A stretch of DNA of 64,000 nucleotides from Flavobacteriales bacterium. Its GTDB lineage: Bacteria > Bacteroidota > Bacteroidia > Flavobacteriales_F > PHOS-HE28. Every line of letters begins with the position of its first letter. Position 1 is the stretch's first letter. A program made the translations under genes and the position numbers. The stretch spans positions 1,294,808 through 1,358,807 of the forward strand of contig JADKHI010000001.1 of NCBI GenBank assembly GCA_016721825.1, in the 5' to 3' direction. The notes below the pieces were generated by a model. The model saw only the letters and a program-made list of their open reading frames with translations, was not told where the DNA came from and did no database searches. Positions 1-12,000 of this stretch are shown one piece after another.

Positions 1-1880
1 TTCGCGGCCTGGCTCACCGTGATCGTGGCCGTGGACACGTCGTTCAAACAAGGAGCGATACCGGCTACCGTGTAGGTGTAGACGCCGGCCGCGGATGTTC
101 CAGGAACGAAGGTGCCGCTGAAAGCCTGGGCCAAGGGGTCCGTCCAAGCGCCGGAGGCATCGGGCGTTCCACCAAGCACCGTCAGCAGGTTGAATGCTGC
201 ATCTGAGGAGCACACCGTCCGCGTGCCGATGGTGCCAGCCTCCGGAGCCGTGATGATCGTAACGTTGACGGTAGCGGTCGCATTCGCGCAGGGCGCAGTG
301 CCGGTCACAGTGTAGGTGTAGATGCCTGGCGGGTCCACACCGGGGTCGAAGGTCACGCTATGGGCCCCTCCCAAGGGATCGGTCCAACTGCCACCCGCAT
401 TCGGCGATCCACCCAACTGCGTGAACAAGGAGAAGTTCGCAGCATCCGAGCAACGGACCACATTAGCACTGGTGCCTGCATTCGGAGCCGTGCTCACCGT
501 GACCGTAACGGTCGCAGTGGCGTTCGCGCAAGGAGCCTGGCCTGCCACGGTGTAGGTGTAGACGCCTGCTACATCCGTACCCGGCTGGAAGATCCCGGAA
601 TGCGAGGCGCCGCCCGGTTTGGTCCATGTACCGGTGATGTCCGGAGCGCCCCCCAGCTCATCGATCAGGTCGAAGTCCGCATCCGTGCTGCACACCGTGA
701 TGGTGCCATTGGTACCAGCATTGGGTGCTTGGCGCACGGTCACCGTCAACGTTGCGGTCGCGTTCGCGCAAGGGGCCGTCCCCAGCACCGTGTAGGTGTA
801 AGCACCCGAAACATCGACGGCGGGGTTGAACTGCGGACCGTGCGCAGATCCCCCAGGGCCCGTCCACGTGCCGCCTGCCTGCGGTGACCCGAGCAACTGA
901 CCGATCATCGCGAACGGAGCATCGGTGCTGCAAACGGTGATGGCCCGGCTCAGCCCTGCGTTCGGCGCAGCCACCTGCGAGACCTGCACCGTAGCAGAGG
1001 TCGAAGTGCAAGGAGGAACCCCAGCCACCGTGTATGTGTATGTGCCTTGAGGAGATGTGCCAGGTGTAAAGGTGTTGCTGACCACCCCACCGCCCGGACC
1101 GGTCCAGGAGCCGCCCACATTGGGGCTGCCACCAAGGACGGTGAAAAGGTCGACGGCCGCTGCGTTGCTACAGATGTTCAGTGTTCCGTTCGAACCGGCG
1201 TTGGGCGCAGCGTTCACGCTGACCGTGACGGTGGCCGATGCTGATGTACAGGAACCGGTTCCTGCGACGGTGTATGTGTATGCGCCCGGAGCGCTCGTGC
1301 CTGGTGTGAAGGTGCCCGTGGAAGCACCACCACCCGGAGCCGTCCATGTTCCACCAGCATCAGGCGTACCACCCAGGCTGTTGAACAACTGTACAGCAGC
1401 GGAGTTGCTGCAGAGGGCGATCGAACCGTTGGTGCCGGCATCCGGACCGGTGAGGATCGAAGCCACCCAGCCGTCCGCGGTCACCGAAGCATCAGAGACC
1501 CAGCGGAAGGTCAGGCAGCGCGAAGCACCGGTCGCCGTGAACGTCTGGTTCAACAGCGAATTACTGCCGTTGCCTGTGGCCAACAAAGGCGAAGCGATGG
1601 TCGGTCCATCGTAGATGAAGAGCTGATCAGTAGTACCCGACTGCACGCTCCAACTCGTGAACTTCACCGAACTGAAGGGGTTGCTGCCGCTTCCACCCGT
1701 GGGACACAAGGTCGCCGTGAGGTCCTCATTGTTCCCATATGCGCCTTGGTCGCCGCCGGTATCGACGATGATCCCAGCGCATGCATCCCACGTTGCGCCA
1801 TTGGCGAACGTCAAGGTCTGGGCCTTGGCGTCTGAGCCTATCAGAACGGCAAAGAGCGCGGACAGGAGGCCGCCCCGCAT
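1..1880 (-). CDS. Secreted repeat-rich adhesin-like protein. Its 5' end is in the window and its 3' end runs off the left edge (partial).
   Basis: Absent from the supplied ORF track because there is no stop in the window. My reverse-complement translation from the ATG at 1880-1878 reads MRGGLLSALFAVLIGSDAKAQ (signal peptide). A beta-sandwich-like region follows (TLTFANGATWDACAGIIVDTGGDQG...FRWVSDASVTADGW), and the frame stays open to base 1. It contains at least 6 copies of an 80-aa unit (AP.AG.NG..CS....L...LGG.P..GG.WT.P.G....F.PG...G.YTYTV.G..PC). On the + strand these are marked by GTGTAGGTGTA/GTGTATGTGTA at 71, 311, 551, 791, 1031 and 1271, an exact 240-nt period. The + strand ORFs listed here are antisense artefacts. 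Confidence 0.8.
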   Translation of the reverse strand, partial: MRGGLLSALFAVLIGSDAKAQTLTFANGATWDACAGIIVDTGGDQGAYGNNEDLTATLCPTGGSGSNPFSSVKFTSWSVQSGTTDQLFIYDGPTIASPLLATGNGSNSLLNQTFTATGASRCLTFRWVSDASVTADGWVASILTGPDAGTNGSIALCSNSAAVQLFNSLGGTPDAGGTWTAPGGGASTGTFTPGTSAPGAYTYTVAGTGSCTSASATVTVSVNAAPNAGSNGTLNICSNAAAVDLFTVLGGSPNVGGSWTGPGGGVVSNTFTPGTSPQGTYTYTVAGVPPCTSTSATVQVSQVAAPNAGLSRAITVCSTDAPFAMIGQLLGSPQAGGTWTGPGGSAHGPQFNPAVDVSGAYTYTVLGTAPCANATATLTVTVRQAPNAGTNGTITVCSTDADFDLIDELGGAPDITGTWTKPGGASHSGIFQPGTDVAGVYTYTVAGQAPCANATATVTVTVSTAPNAGTSANVVRCSDAANFSLFTQLGGSPNAGGSWTDPLGGAHSVTFDPGVDPPGIYTYTVTGTAPCANATATVNVTIITAPEAGTIGTRTVCSSDAAFNLLTVLGGTPDASGAWTDPLAQAFSGTFVPGTSAAGVYTYTVAGIAPCLNDVSTATITVSQAA

Positions 1881-2039
1881 TGCCAGCAGGATTGGAAAGG
1901 GTCGGATCACGTGGAAGCTGCGCCCGGTAAGAGGCCGGGCAAGTTAGCACGATCCACGCCATTGGCGCCAGTACCGGGCCTTTCGATCGCCCGCTAGCTG
2001 CGCTTCATCGACCGGTCGATCACATTGATCGACAACTAA

Positions 2040-2066
2040 AGGCCGCTTTCGCCCGCCGAACGGCCT
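2040..2066 (-). terminator. Possible intrinsic terminator after the PorP/SprF gene
   Basis: The minus strand reads AGGCCGTTCGGCGGGCGAAAGCGGCCT, a 6-8 bp GC-rich stem, followed by TTTAGTTG. It lies about 30 nt past the stop at 2098. Confidence 0.3.
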
Positions 2067-2097
2067 AAAACAACAGCCTTTCCTTGGGCCGAACGGT

Positions 2098-3048
2098 TCA
2101 CGGAGCGACAGTGCTCGGTGCAGCTGAGACGCCCGACGTGCTTACCGGCGGCAGCGACTTTCCGAAGGTGATCGCCAACATCACCTCGTGCGTACCGCTG
2201 TTGTAGTTGCGCAGGTTCGTCGTGGTCATGTCGAAGGAGTAGCCGAACTGGAAGGTCTTCTTCATCCAATATCCGACCATGATGGCGAAGGCGTCGTTCG
2301 TCCGGTAGGATGCTCCAAGCCATACCATGTCCCTGTAGCGCAAGGTGGCGGTAAGGTCCACTTTCGCCGGTACGGGGGACACATACTTCACCAGGAACGA
2401 GGGTTCGAGCTTCAGGTCATCACCAAGTGCGAACCGATAGCCCCCCATGCCATAGTAGTGGTTCTCCAAGCGGCTAAGCGTAGCATCATTCTCGTTGAAG
2501 AAATAGATCTTGTTGTGCAGCAGCTGCGGCGCCGTTGCACCTACCCACCAATTGTCATGGTACACCAGGAAACCGAAGGTGGCATCCGGTACCACCTGAC
2601 CGCGAAGCTGGTCGTCCATCACAGGGTCTCCCCCATCGTGGAACGTGATCTTGCTCCCGTCGATCAGGAACTGCTGCAACCCGAACGCCACGGACATTGA
2701 TAGCCTGACGCGTTGGGTCAGCGACAAGTGGTAAGCGTAGGAGAGCTGCGCACCGGTGCGGCGCGTGGGGCCCACATTGTCCGTGTACATGAATCCACCC
2801 AGGCCCATGTTCTTTCCCACAGGCGAAGTGGCGCTGAGCATGAAGGTCCGGGGCGCATCCTGAATGCCCACCCATTGGTTCCGGTGCGCGCTTCGCAGCT
2901 CGAACCAGGGTCGGCTGCCGGCCACCGCAGGATTGTAGAGGTAGTCCTGGCTCACGTACTGCGTGAGCTGAGGAAGCTGCTGTGCGCACAGCTTGATCCC
3001 GGCCAGCATGGTGACCAGAATGATCGTAAGGGTTCGCATCGTCCTCAT
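2098..3048 (-). CDS. PorP/SprF family type IX secretion system membrane protein (SprF-like partner of the upstream giant adhesin)
   Basis: 316-aa ORF. The N-terminus MRTLTIILVTMLAGIKLCAQQLPQLTQYVSQDYLYNPAVAG matches the PorP/SprF signature (signal peptide, then Q.P..tqY.....NPA.aG). The body is beta-barrel-like. It starts 3 nt after the stop of the SprB-like gene. Confidence 0.85.
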   Translation of the reverse strand: MRTMRTLTIILVTMLAGIKLCAQQLPQLTQYVSQDYLYNPAVAGSRPWFELRSAHRNQWVGIQDAPRTFMLSATSPVGKNMGLGGFMYTDNVGPTRRTGAQLSYAYHLSLTQRVRLSMSVAFGLQQFLIDGSKITFHDGGDPVMDDQLRGQVVPDATFGFLVYHDNWWVGATAPQLLHNKIYFFNENDATLSRLENHYYGMGGYRFALGDDLKLEPSFLVKYVSPVPAKVDLTATLRYRDMVWLGASYRTNDAFAIMVGYWMKKTFQFGYSFDMTTTNLRNYNSGTHEVMLAITFGKSLPPVSTSGVSAAPSTVAP

Positions 3049-3051
3049 GGG

Positions 3052-6000
3052 TTAGCGGATCACGGTGAGCGGACCAGTGTATGCCTCCGGGAATTTCGGA
3101 TCGTTGAGCTTGATCACGTAGTAGTAAGTACCCACAGGGACCAAGCCACCACTGTAGCGGCCGTCCCACGGCACCTTGTAGCCCACACTGCTGAAGAGCA
3201 GTTCGCCCCAGCGATTGTAGATCTCCACCTCGCACTCGGGGAACATGCCGATCAGATCGATCTGCCAGCCATCGTTCCAGCCATCCCCATTGGGGGTGAA
3301 GCCGCTCGGGATGATGATCTCCGGCACAATGGTCACAAGCACCGAATCAGTGTCGATGCAGCCGTTGGGCGCTGTCACGGTCAAGGTGTACCACGCGGTC
3401 TCCAGAGGCGCTGTCGTCGGGTTGGGGACCGTCGGTGCGTTCAACAAGCTGTCCGGCGTCCAGATGAAGGAGCTGCCAGCAGGACCGCTCGGCGACCCGC
3501 CCAAGGTGACCTCCCCGAAACCGATGATCGTCAGGTCAGGCCCGGCGTCCGCGAGCGGCAAGGCCAGCACGTTCACGGACACCGAATCCACGTCACTACA
3601 GGGGCCGTCGCTCACGGTCAGAATGAAGGTGTACGACCCGTTGGGCAAGTTGCCTAATGGGAGTACCGCGGTGTTGCCGACCACCACGCCGTTCGCATTC
3701 GTCCACTGGTAGCTCGTTCCACCCTGGCTCGCACTTCCATCCAACACGATGGCCACTTGCTCGCACTGGGAGAGGTCCGGCCCGGCATCGGCCACAACGG
3801 TCACCAGCGCGTTCACCGTGATCGGCAAGGTGGTCTGGCAGCCATTGGCATCGGTGACCGTCACCGCATACAGGCCTGGCAACAGCGCGCTGATGTCCTC
3901 CTGGGCACTGCTGAAACCAGGGCCGGTCCAAGAAACGGTATAGCCTTGCGTTCCGCCAGTGATCGTGATGTCGATGGCACCATCGTTGGCCGTGGCACAG
4001 CTCGCCTCCACAACTTGGTCAACTGTTATCAACAAGGTGTCCGGCTCTGTGATGGTGAAGGTGATCGTGGTGTCGCAACCCACGTTGTCCGCGATGGTCA
4101 CACTCCACGGTCCGGGGCAGAGCCCTGTGGCGCTCGAAGTGCCTTGACCGTTCGGTGGCACCGGCGACCAATCGTAGACGTAACCACCAAGACCGCCTGT
4201 CGGTGCGAGTTGGATCGAACCGTTGCAAGCGCCGTTGCACAGCACGTTCTGTACGGTGGCGTTCGGCAGGATCGGTGTGAATGGCAGGATCGTGAAGTTG
4301 AGCGTGGTGTCACAACCCAGTGTATCCGTGACGGTCACGCTCCAGTTGCCCGGACAGAGCCCTGTCGCGTTGGTCGTGCCCTGCCCGCCGCCGGGTTGCG
4401 GTTGCCACAGGATGGTGAACACACCAACACCACCGGTAGGGTTCACTGTTGCCGTAGCATCGCACGGTCCTTGGCAGGTTTCATTGCTGAACACGAGCGC
4501 AGCATCGATCGCAACACCTTGTGTGATGGTGAAGGGTGTGCTGAGCGTGCAGCCGTTCGAGTCGGTGACCACGAAGAGGTAGTCCCCGGCGCAGAGTCCT
4601 CCGATCGCGGTGGTGTCCTGTGCCACTGGGACTCCACCGGAAGTGGTCCAGCTGAGCGTGTACGGTTGAACACCGCCGGAGACCAAGGCCGTCGCCGTTC
4701 CTTGGCAATCGCCGAAGCAGAGGTTGCCCGTCTTGTTCACGGCGGCCAGAAGAACCTGTGGTTCAACAAGGGTGAAGGTGATCGAGGTGTCGCATCCGTT
4801 CACATCCATGATGGTGAGCGTCCAGTCACCCGCGCACAGGCTGTCGATCGAGGCCGTACCCTGGCCGATGGGCGGCTGCGGGGACCAGGTGAGCGTGAAG
4901 GGTCCGGTACCACCCTGCACCACCACATCCACACCTCCGTCACAGGCGCCATTGCAGGTGACGGGTGTGATCGTGGCAGCCACCGAGATGGGTTGCGGCT
5001 CCAATATCAAGGCCGGCACCACGATGCTGCAACCGATCGAATCGGTGATGGTAACGGACCATGCCCCAGCGCAGAGACCGGAGGCTTGCGGGGTGCCTTG
5101 CCCTAACGGTGGAACGGGGTCCCACAGATAGGTGTAGCTGCCTACGCCGCCCGTAGGACCAACTGTGGCCGAGCCATCGCAGGAGCCGGCGCAGCGGGCA
5201 GGCGTGGTGCTCAAGTTCGCCACGATCGGAGCGGGCTCGACCACCAGTGCCGTGTCGATGCTGATGCAGCCGTTGCCGTTCGTCACCTGCACGAAATAGG
5301 TTCCCGCGCACAGGCTGTCGAGCACATTGCCGGGTTCGTTGAAGGCGTTGCTCTGCGCATCGAACCAGATGATGCTGCAAGTGGGAATGCCGCACGCGAA
5401 CGCCACGCTCACTTCGCCGTCGCATTCTCCAGGGCAGGAGGTAAGACCATCCGTGGTGCTGAGCAGCTCGCCGTCAACATCCGTAACAGGCACGCTCGTA
5501 CTGGCCGTGCAACCATTGGCATCCGTCACATCCACGGCGTACAGTCCGGCACAGAGACCCGTGGCCAGGCTGTCCGTGCTGAACACGCCACCGTTCTGGC
5601 TCCAGGAATAGACGTAAGGGCCCGTGCCTCCCGTTGGTGTGGCCGTGGCCGTTCCAATGCACTGACCGCAGGCGCTCTGCGTGCTGGCGGTGGAAAGGCT
5701 GAGCGGTTGTGGCTCCGTGATCTGGAAGGTGAGCGTGGTGTCGCAACCGTTCGCATCCGCGATGGTCACGGACCAGGAGCCGGCGCAGAGGCTATCGGCA
5801 ACAGCCGTGCCCTGACCGAGCGGAGGAGCCGGGCTCCACGTGTAGCTCAGCGTGCCTGTTCCGCCTTGGGCCGTGAGCGTGATGCTTCCATCACATGCAC
5901 CGCTGCAGCTCACATCGCTCTGGTTCACCGCGGCCGTGATCTGCTGGGGACCGAGGATGAGCACGGTGACGGTGGTATCACATCCGCTCTGATCCACGAT

Positions 6001-9000
6001 CAGCAAGCTGTACACACCGGGGCATAGACCCGCGGCCTGTGGCGTTCCCTGACCGATGGGAGGAGCCGGTGTCCACGTGTAGATGTAAGGACCCACACCA
6101 CCGACCGGACCTGCAGTAGCCGTTCCATCGCAAGCGCCCGCGCACGTTTCAGGCGTGGAGCTGATGTTCGGGATGATCTGCGTTGAAGGGACCACTGAGG
6201 CCGTATCGATGGTCACGCAACCTGCGCCATTGGTCACCTGCACGTAATAGTCACCCACACACAGGCTCGCCACATCGAACACGTTCGTTCCGAGCACCGC
6301 GCCAAGTCCGTCCGTCCATTGGATCGTGCAAGGACCGTTGCTGCAGGTGAAGACCACACCCACCTGGCCATCGCACGAACCCGCGCACAACGTCTGTCCA
6401 TCGACGGTCGTCAACAGTTCGCCATCCGCATCGGACACTGCGATCGTTGCTTGTGTCGAACAACCGTTCGCATCGACCGCGGAGGCCGTGTAGAAGCCCG
6501 CGCAGAGTCCTGAGACCTGAGCTCCGGAACCAACGGATACGCCTCCCGCATCGGTCCAGGTGATCGTGGTGGTACCGGTACCGCCGGACACCGAGGCGGT
6601 GGCGGTGCCGTTGCAGACCTGGCATTGGCTCGGTGTGGCCGTGACCGACAGACCAAGTGGCTGTGGATCCGTGATGACGAAGGTGAGCGTGGTGTCACAA
6701 CCAGCACCATCAGCGATCACTACGTTCCACGTTCCGGCGCAGAGGTCGGTGGCCTGTGCGTTGCCTTGACCGTTCGGAGGTACTGGCGACCAGGTGAACG
6801 TGTAAGTGCCCGATCCACCGGCAGGTGCCAGCGTGATGTCCGCATCACATTGTCCGGCGCAGGAAATGCCTTGCTGAACAGCGTTCGGTTGCAGCGGTGT
6901 CGGTGAGGTGATAAGCACGGTGTAGGTCGTGTCGCAACCTCCGCCATCGGCGATCAGTACCGCATACACGCCCGGGCAAAGGCCCGTTGCGAACGGAGTG
7001 CCCTGTCCCCCACCCGGAGCCGGCGACCACGTGATCACGTACGGGGTCTGCCCACCGCTGAGGCCGATCGTCGCCGTTCCATCGCACAGCCCGCTGCAGC
7101 TCACCGGTGAACTGCTGACGGCCGCTGTAAGCGGCGTCGGTGTGATGACCTGAGCCGTGTCGATGCTCAAGCAACCATCGCCGTTCGTGACCTGCACGAG
7201 GTAGATGCCCTCGCATAGGCCGGTGAGCGTGTCCGTCGTGTTCGGCAGTGTGTTGCCCAAGCCATCGCTCCATGCAATGGAACAGGTCGGCACCGAGCAA
7301 GCGAAGCTGACCGATACACCACCATCACAGGTGTTCGGGCACGAAGTGATGCCGTCGTTCATGGTCAACACTTCGCCATTGCTGTCCGTGACCGGAACCG
7401 CGAAAGCGAGGCTACAGCCCAGGGAATCTTGTACCGTGACCGGATAGATACCTGCGCAGAGGTTCTGAACGAAGGGGTCCGTCGTAACGAGGTTCAAGGG
7501 TGGGCCCCAGGTGTAGGTGTAGGTACCCGAACCACCTGCGGTGCTCATCAGGATGGAGCCGATGCACACTTGGCACTGGCTCTGGACCACGGTCGGTGTG
7601 CTGGTGAGCGGCGCCGGTTCCGTGATGGTGAACGAAACAGTGGTGTCGCAACCGTTCGCATCCGCGATGGTCACGCTCCACACGCCAGGGCAGAGATCCG
7701 TGGCCGTGTTCGTTCCTTGGCCGTTGGGCGGAACAGGTGCCCAGGTGTACTGGTAGTTCGGTGTTCCACCCTGCGTGTTCAACACGATCGATCCATCACA
7801 CGCTCCTGCGCATTGCACGTTCTGGACCGTTGCTGATGGATCCAAAGGAGCCGGTCCGGTGATCAGCACGGTGACGGTGGTGTCGCATGCCGATGCATCG
7901 AAAATCGTGACGCTCCAAACACCCGCGCACAAGCCGCTCGCCGAAGGTGTCCCTTGGCCAACTGGCGGAACAGGATCCCAGGTATAGGCGTAAGGCGCCT
8001 CACCTCCCGTGGGCCCTACGGTCGCGGTGCCATCGCAGGCATTGCTGCACGAGACCGGTGTGCTGCTCAGGTTCGGTGTGATCGGCGTGAACGGATCCAC
8101 TTGGAAGGTGGTGGTGGTATCGCAGCCGTTCGCATCGGTGATGGTCACCGTGTACTGACCGACACAGAGCCCCGTGGCGATGTTCGTTCCCTGGCCACCG
8201 CCGGGAGGCGGGTCCCACAGCACTGAATAGCCGGGCGTTCCACCGAAGGGGAACACCGCGGCTTGGGCGGTGCATGCACCGTTGCAATCCTCGGGTTCCA
8301 CCACCAGGTTCGGTTCCAAGGGTGAAGGCTTGAAGATCACGAAGCCGATGGTGGTATCGCAACCCGCCACATCCGTGATGGTGACCTCCCAGAAACCGAG
8401 GCACAGTCCGCTTACCGAAGGGGTGCCTTGTCCGACCGGTGGGTTCGGCGTCCACGCATAGGTGAAGCCTCCTGCTCCTCCTGTGGGGTTCACAGTGGCG
8501 GCTCCGTTGCATTCGTTCCAGCAATCGGCGTCCGTGTAAGTGAGATCCGGAACAATGGGTTGCTCAGGCAGTACGGTGAAGGCGAAGACCGTATCGCAAC
8601 CCGAAGCATCACCGACCGTGCACGTCCAATTACCAGCGCATAATCCGGTCACGTTCGGAGTGCCTTGTCCGGCACCTGGTTGTGGGGACCAGAGGTAAGT
8701 GAAGGTCCCCAGTCCTCCTGTGGGGGCGACACTGGCGGTTCCTGTGCAGGGGCCGTTGCAGTTCTCGTTCGTGAAGGTGCCGTTCGGAATGATCGCAGGT
8801 GGCGAAGGCACAGTGACGATGAAGACCGTATCGCAACCTGCTTGATCGCCGATGTTCACCGTGTAGTCGCCAGCGCAAAGACCACCCACGCTCGGTGTGC
8901 CTTGACCTGTGCCCGGCGATGGCGACCAGTTGTAGGTATAGGATGGAACACCGCCCTGCGTGTTCAACACCACGGCGCCATCACACACGTCGGCGCACGA

Positions 9001-12000
9001 GGCGGCCACGATGGAAGGCACGGACGTGATGCCCGAAGGCGTGACCACGGTGAACTGAATGGTAGTATCGCAGCCTGCGGCATCCGCGATGGTGACGGTG
9101 TACACGCCGGGGCACAGCCCCGTGGCCGTACCGGTGCCTTGACCACCACCGGGAGGCGGGGCCCAGGTGATCACATAGCCGGGAGTGCCGCCGGTCGGTT
9201 GCACGTTGGCTTCTCCGTCGCAGGCACCACCGCAGCTGGCATTCTCAACGGTCAAGCCCGCATTGATCGGTGCAGGTGCGGTGATGGTGAACGCGATCGT
9301 GGTGTCGCAACCCAGCGCATCCGCGATCGTGAGCGTGTAGTTGCCAGCGCAAAGGCCGGTCGCGTTCGGTGTGCCTTGTCCGCCACCGGGGGCAGGTGAC
9401 CAGGCATAGGTATAGTTCGGCGTTCCACCCGTAACCGCTGCGGTCGCGCTGCCATCACAACTGTTCCAGCAGAGCGCTGCGGTCGTCGTCAGGCTGGCAT
9501 CGATCGGTGGCGGTTGGTCGATGGTGAAGCTGAGCGTGGTGTCGCAACCGCCACTGGTGATGGTCACCTGGATGTTCCCTGCGCACAGACCAAGCGCTTG
9601 TGCCGTGCCTTGTCCGTTGGAAGGGACCGGTACCCACAGATAGGTATAGGTGCCGTTGCCACCCGTAGGCGCCAGCACAACGGTGCCGTTGCAGGTTCCC
9701 GGACACACCGCATCCGTGACCACCGCGTTCGGCGCGATCGGCGTTGGAGCCGTGATGGTGAAGGAGATCGTGGTGTCGCAGTTCACCGCATCGGTAACGG
9801 TGAGCGAATAGGCTCCGGGGCAGAGGCCGGTAACGTTCGCCGTGCCTTGACCAGCGCCAGGAGCAGGTGACCATAGATAGGTATAGCCCGCAGTGCCACC
9901 GGTCACGATCACACCGGCCGTTCCATCGCACACATCGGGACAGCTCGCAGGTGTGATCTGAAGCGACAACTGCAACGGCACCGGCGCGGTGATGGTGAAG
10001 GGTACCGTGAGCGTGCACCCGCGCGAGTCCGTCACCAGCACACTGTAGGCACCAGCGCAAAGGCCGGTCGCATCAGGCGTGCCCTGTCCACCACCCGGAG
10101 CAGGCGACCATGCATAGGTGTAGTTCGGTGTGCCACCAGCGATCACCACCGAGGCCGTTCCATCGCAGTTGGTGCCGCAGGTCACGTTGGTGCTTGTGGA
10201 GGTCTGCGTAAGAGGTGGTGGCTCCAGAATGAGGAACTGCACCGTCGTATCGCAGCCGTTGGCGTCGGTGATCGTGGCGGTCCATGGGCCGGCGCACAGT
10301 CCGCTGGCCGTTGGTGTGCCTTGGCCGGCAGGAGGTACGGGGCTCCAGAGGTAGGTATATGGGCCAACGCCACCGGTCGGCGCACAGGTCGCTGTTCCAT
10401 CACAAGCACCGGCGCAGGTCACGTCGGTCTGGCTCTCGTTCGGCAGGATCGGCGGTGGCGCGTTGATCGTGAACGCAACGGTGGTGTCGCAACCCGAAAC
10501 GTCAGTGATGGTGACGCTCCATGGGCCCGGACACAATCCACTGACCGATGGTGTCCCCTGCCCCACCGGCGGGTTCGGTGTCCATAGATAGGTATACGGG
10601 CCAACGCCTCCGGTCACCACCAGGATCACGCTGCCATCGCATTCACCCGCGCAGCTTGCATCGGTGATCGTGAGCTGCGGATCGAGCGCCGTGGGTGATG
10701 AGATCGTGATGTTGACGAGCGTGTCACAACCACTGGCCTGATCGGTGATCAGCACCGTGTAGTTGCCCGCGCAGAGGCCCGTGACCGAACCGGTTCCCTG
10801 CCCACCACCGGGCGCAGGTGACCACAGGAACGTGTACGGACCAACAGCTCCAGAGGGCGCTACCGTGGCCGTGCCATCGCACTGGTTCGCGCACGAAACA
10901 TCTGTGTGGCTGCTGTTCGGAACGATCGGCGGTGGCTGTGTGATCTGGAAGGTTAGCGTGGTGTCACAACCGTTCGCATCGTTGATCGTCACGCTCCATG
11001 GACCCGAGCACAGTCCGCTCACGTTCGTTGTGCCTTGTCCGACAGGTGGAACGGGCGCCCATGTATAGGTATAGGTGCCGGTGCCCCCTGTCACCACCAC
11101 CTCGGCTTCGCCATCGCAGCCACCGTTGCAGGTGGCATTGGTCACCGTGAGCACTGGGGCCACCGGCTGAAGCGGGATGATGAAGGTGGTGTCGAAGAGG
11201 CAGTTGTTCTGGTCGCGGATCTCCAGGGTGTTCGTTCCGGCGCAGAGCTGGTTGAAGGAAGATCCGGTGCCAGCGCCATTGTTCCAGTTGAAGGTGTAAC
11301 CACTGCCCGTGCCGCCTACGGCCAACGCGTTACCGGTGCCGTCGCAGGTCTGCGCACAGCTGGGGGGTGTGAGCGCAGGGAAGAAGATGACGCCGACAGG
11401 AGGCGGACCCAGCACCTGCACCGTGGCCGCACAGCCGATGTTCTGTCCTTGGTCCGTAACGATCACCAGCTTGTTGCCCACACAGGTGTTCGACCAGGTC
11501 TGCGTGTTCGGACCGGTGGACCACGAATACACGAAAGGCCCCACCCCACCGGTCACCGATACGGTCACCGTCGCATCGCAGGAACCCGTGCAGCTCACGT
11601 TGAAGCCGTTGTAGTTCGTAAGCACCTGCGCGTTGATGGTGAAGGGCGTTTGACCAGGCCCCGTGCCGCAGACGGAGATGCCGCGAGCAGCCGCAGCAGG
11701 CCGCGTGGCCAGCGCACCCCAAGGCATGTCCACGCCGCGCACCAACAGGTGCGAAGCGCCGGGGTCAACAACACTGCGCACGCCACCCGCATCGAATGAA
11801 CGCAGCGCTTCGATCACCGAGCCACCAGCGATCAGCGACTTGCGGCCATTGCCAGCGAAACGCATGTCGCCGCAGACCACATGGTTGTCGTTGGTCACCA
11901 AGGTTCCTTCCTTCAATATGAGCGTACGATCGGCAGCGAGCTTCAGGTCGCTTAGCAGGTTCCAGCCGCCGGATCCATCGATCATCACATCACCCTTCAA

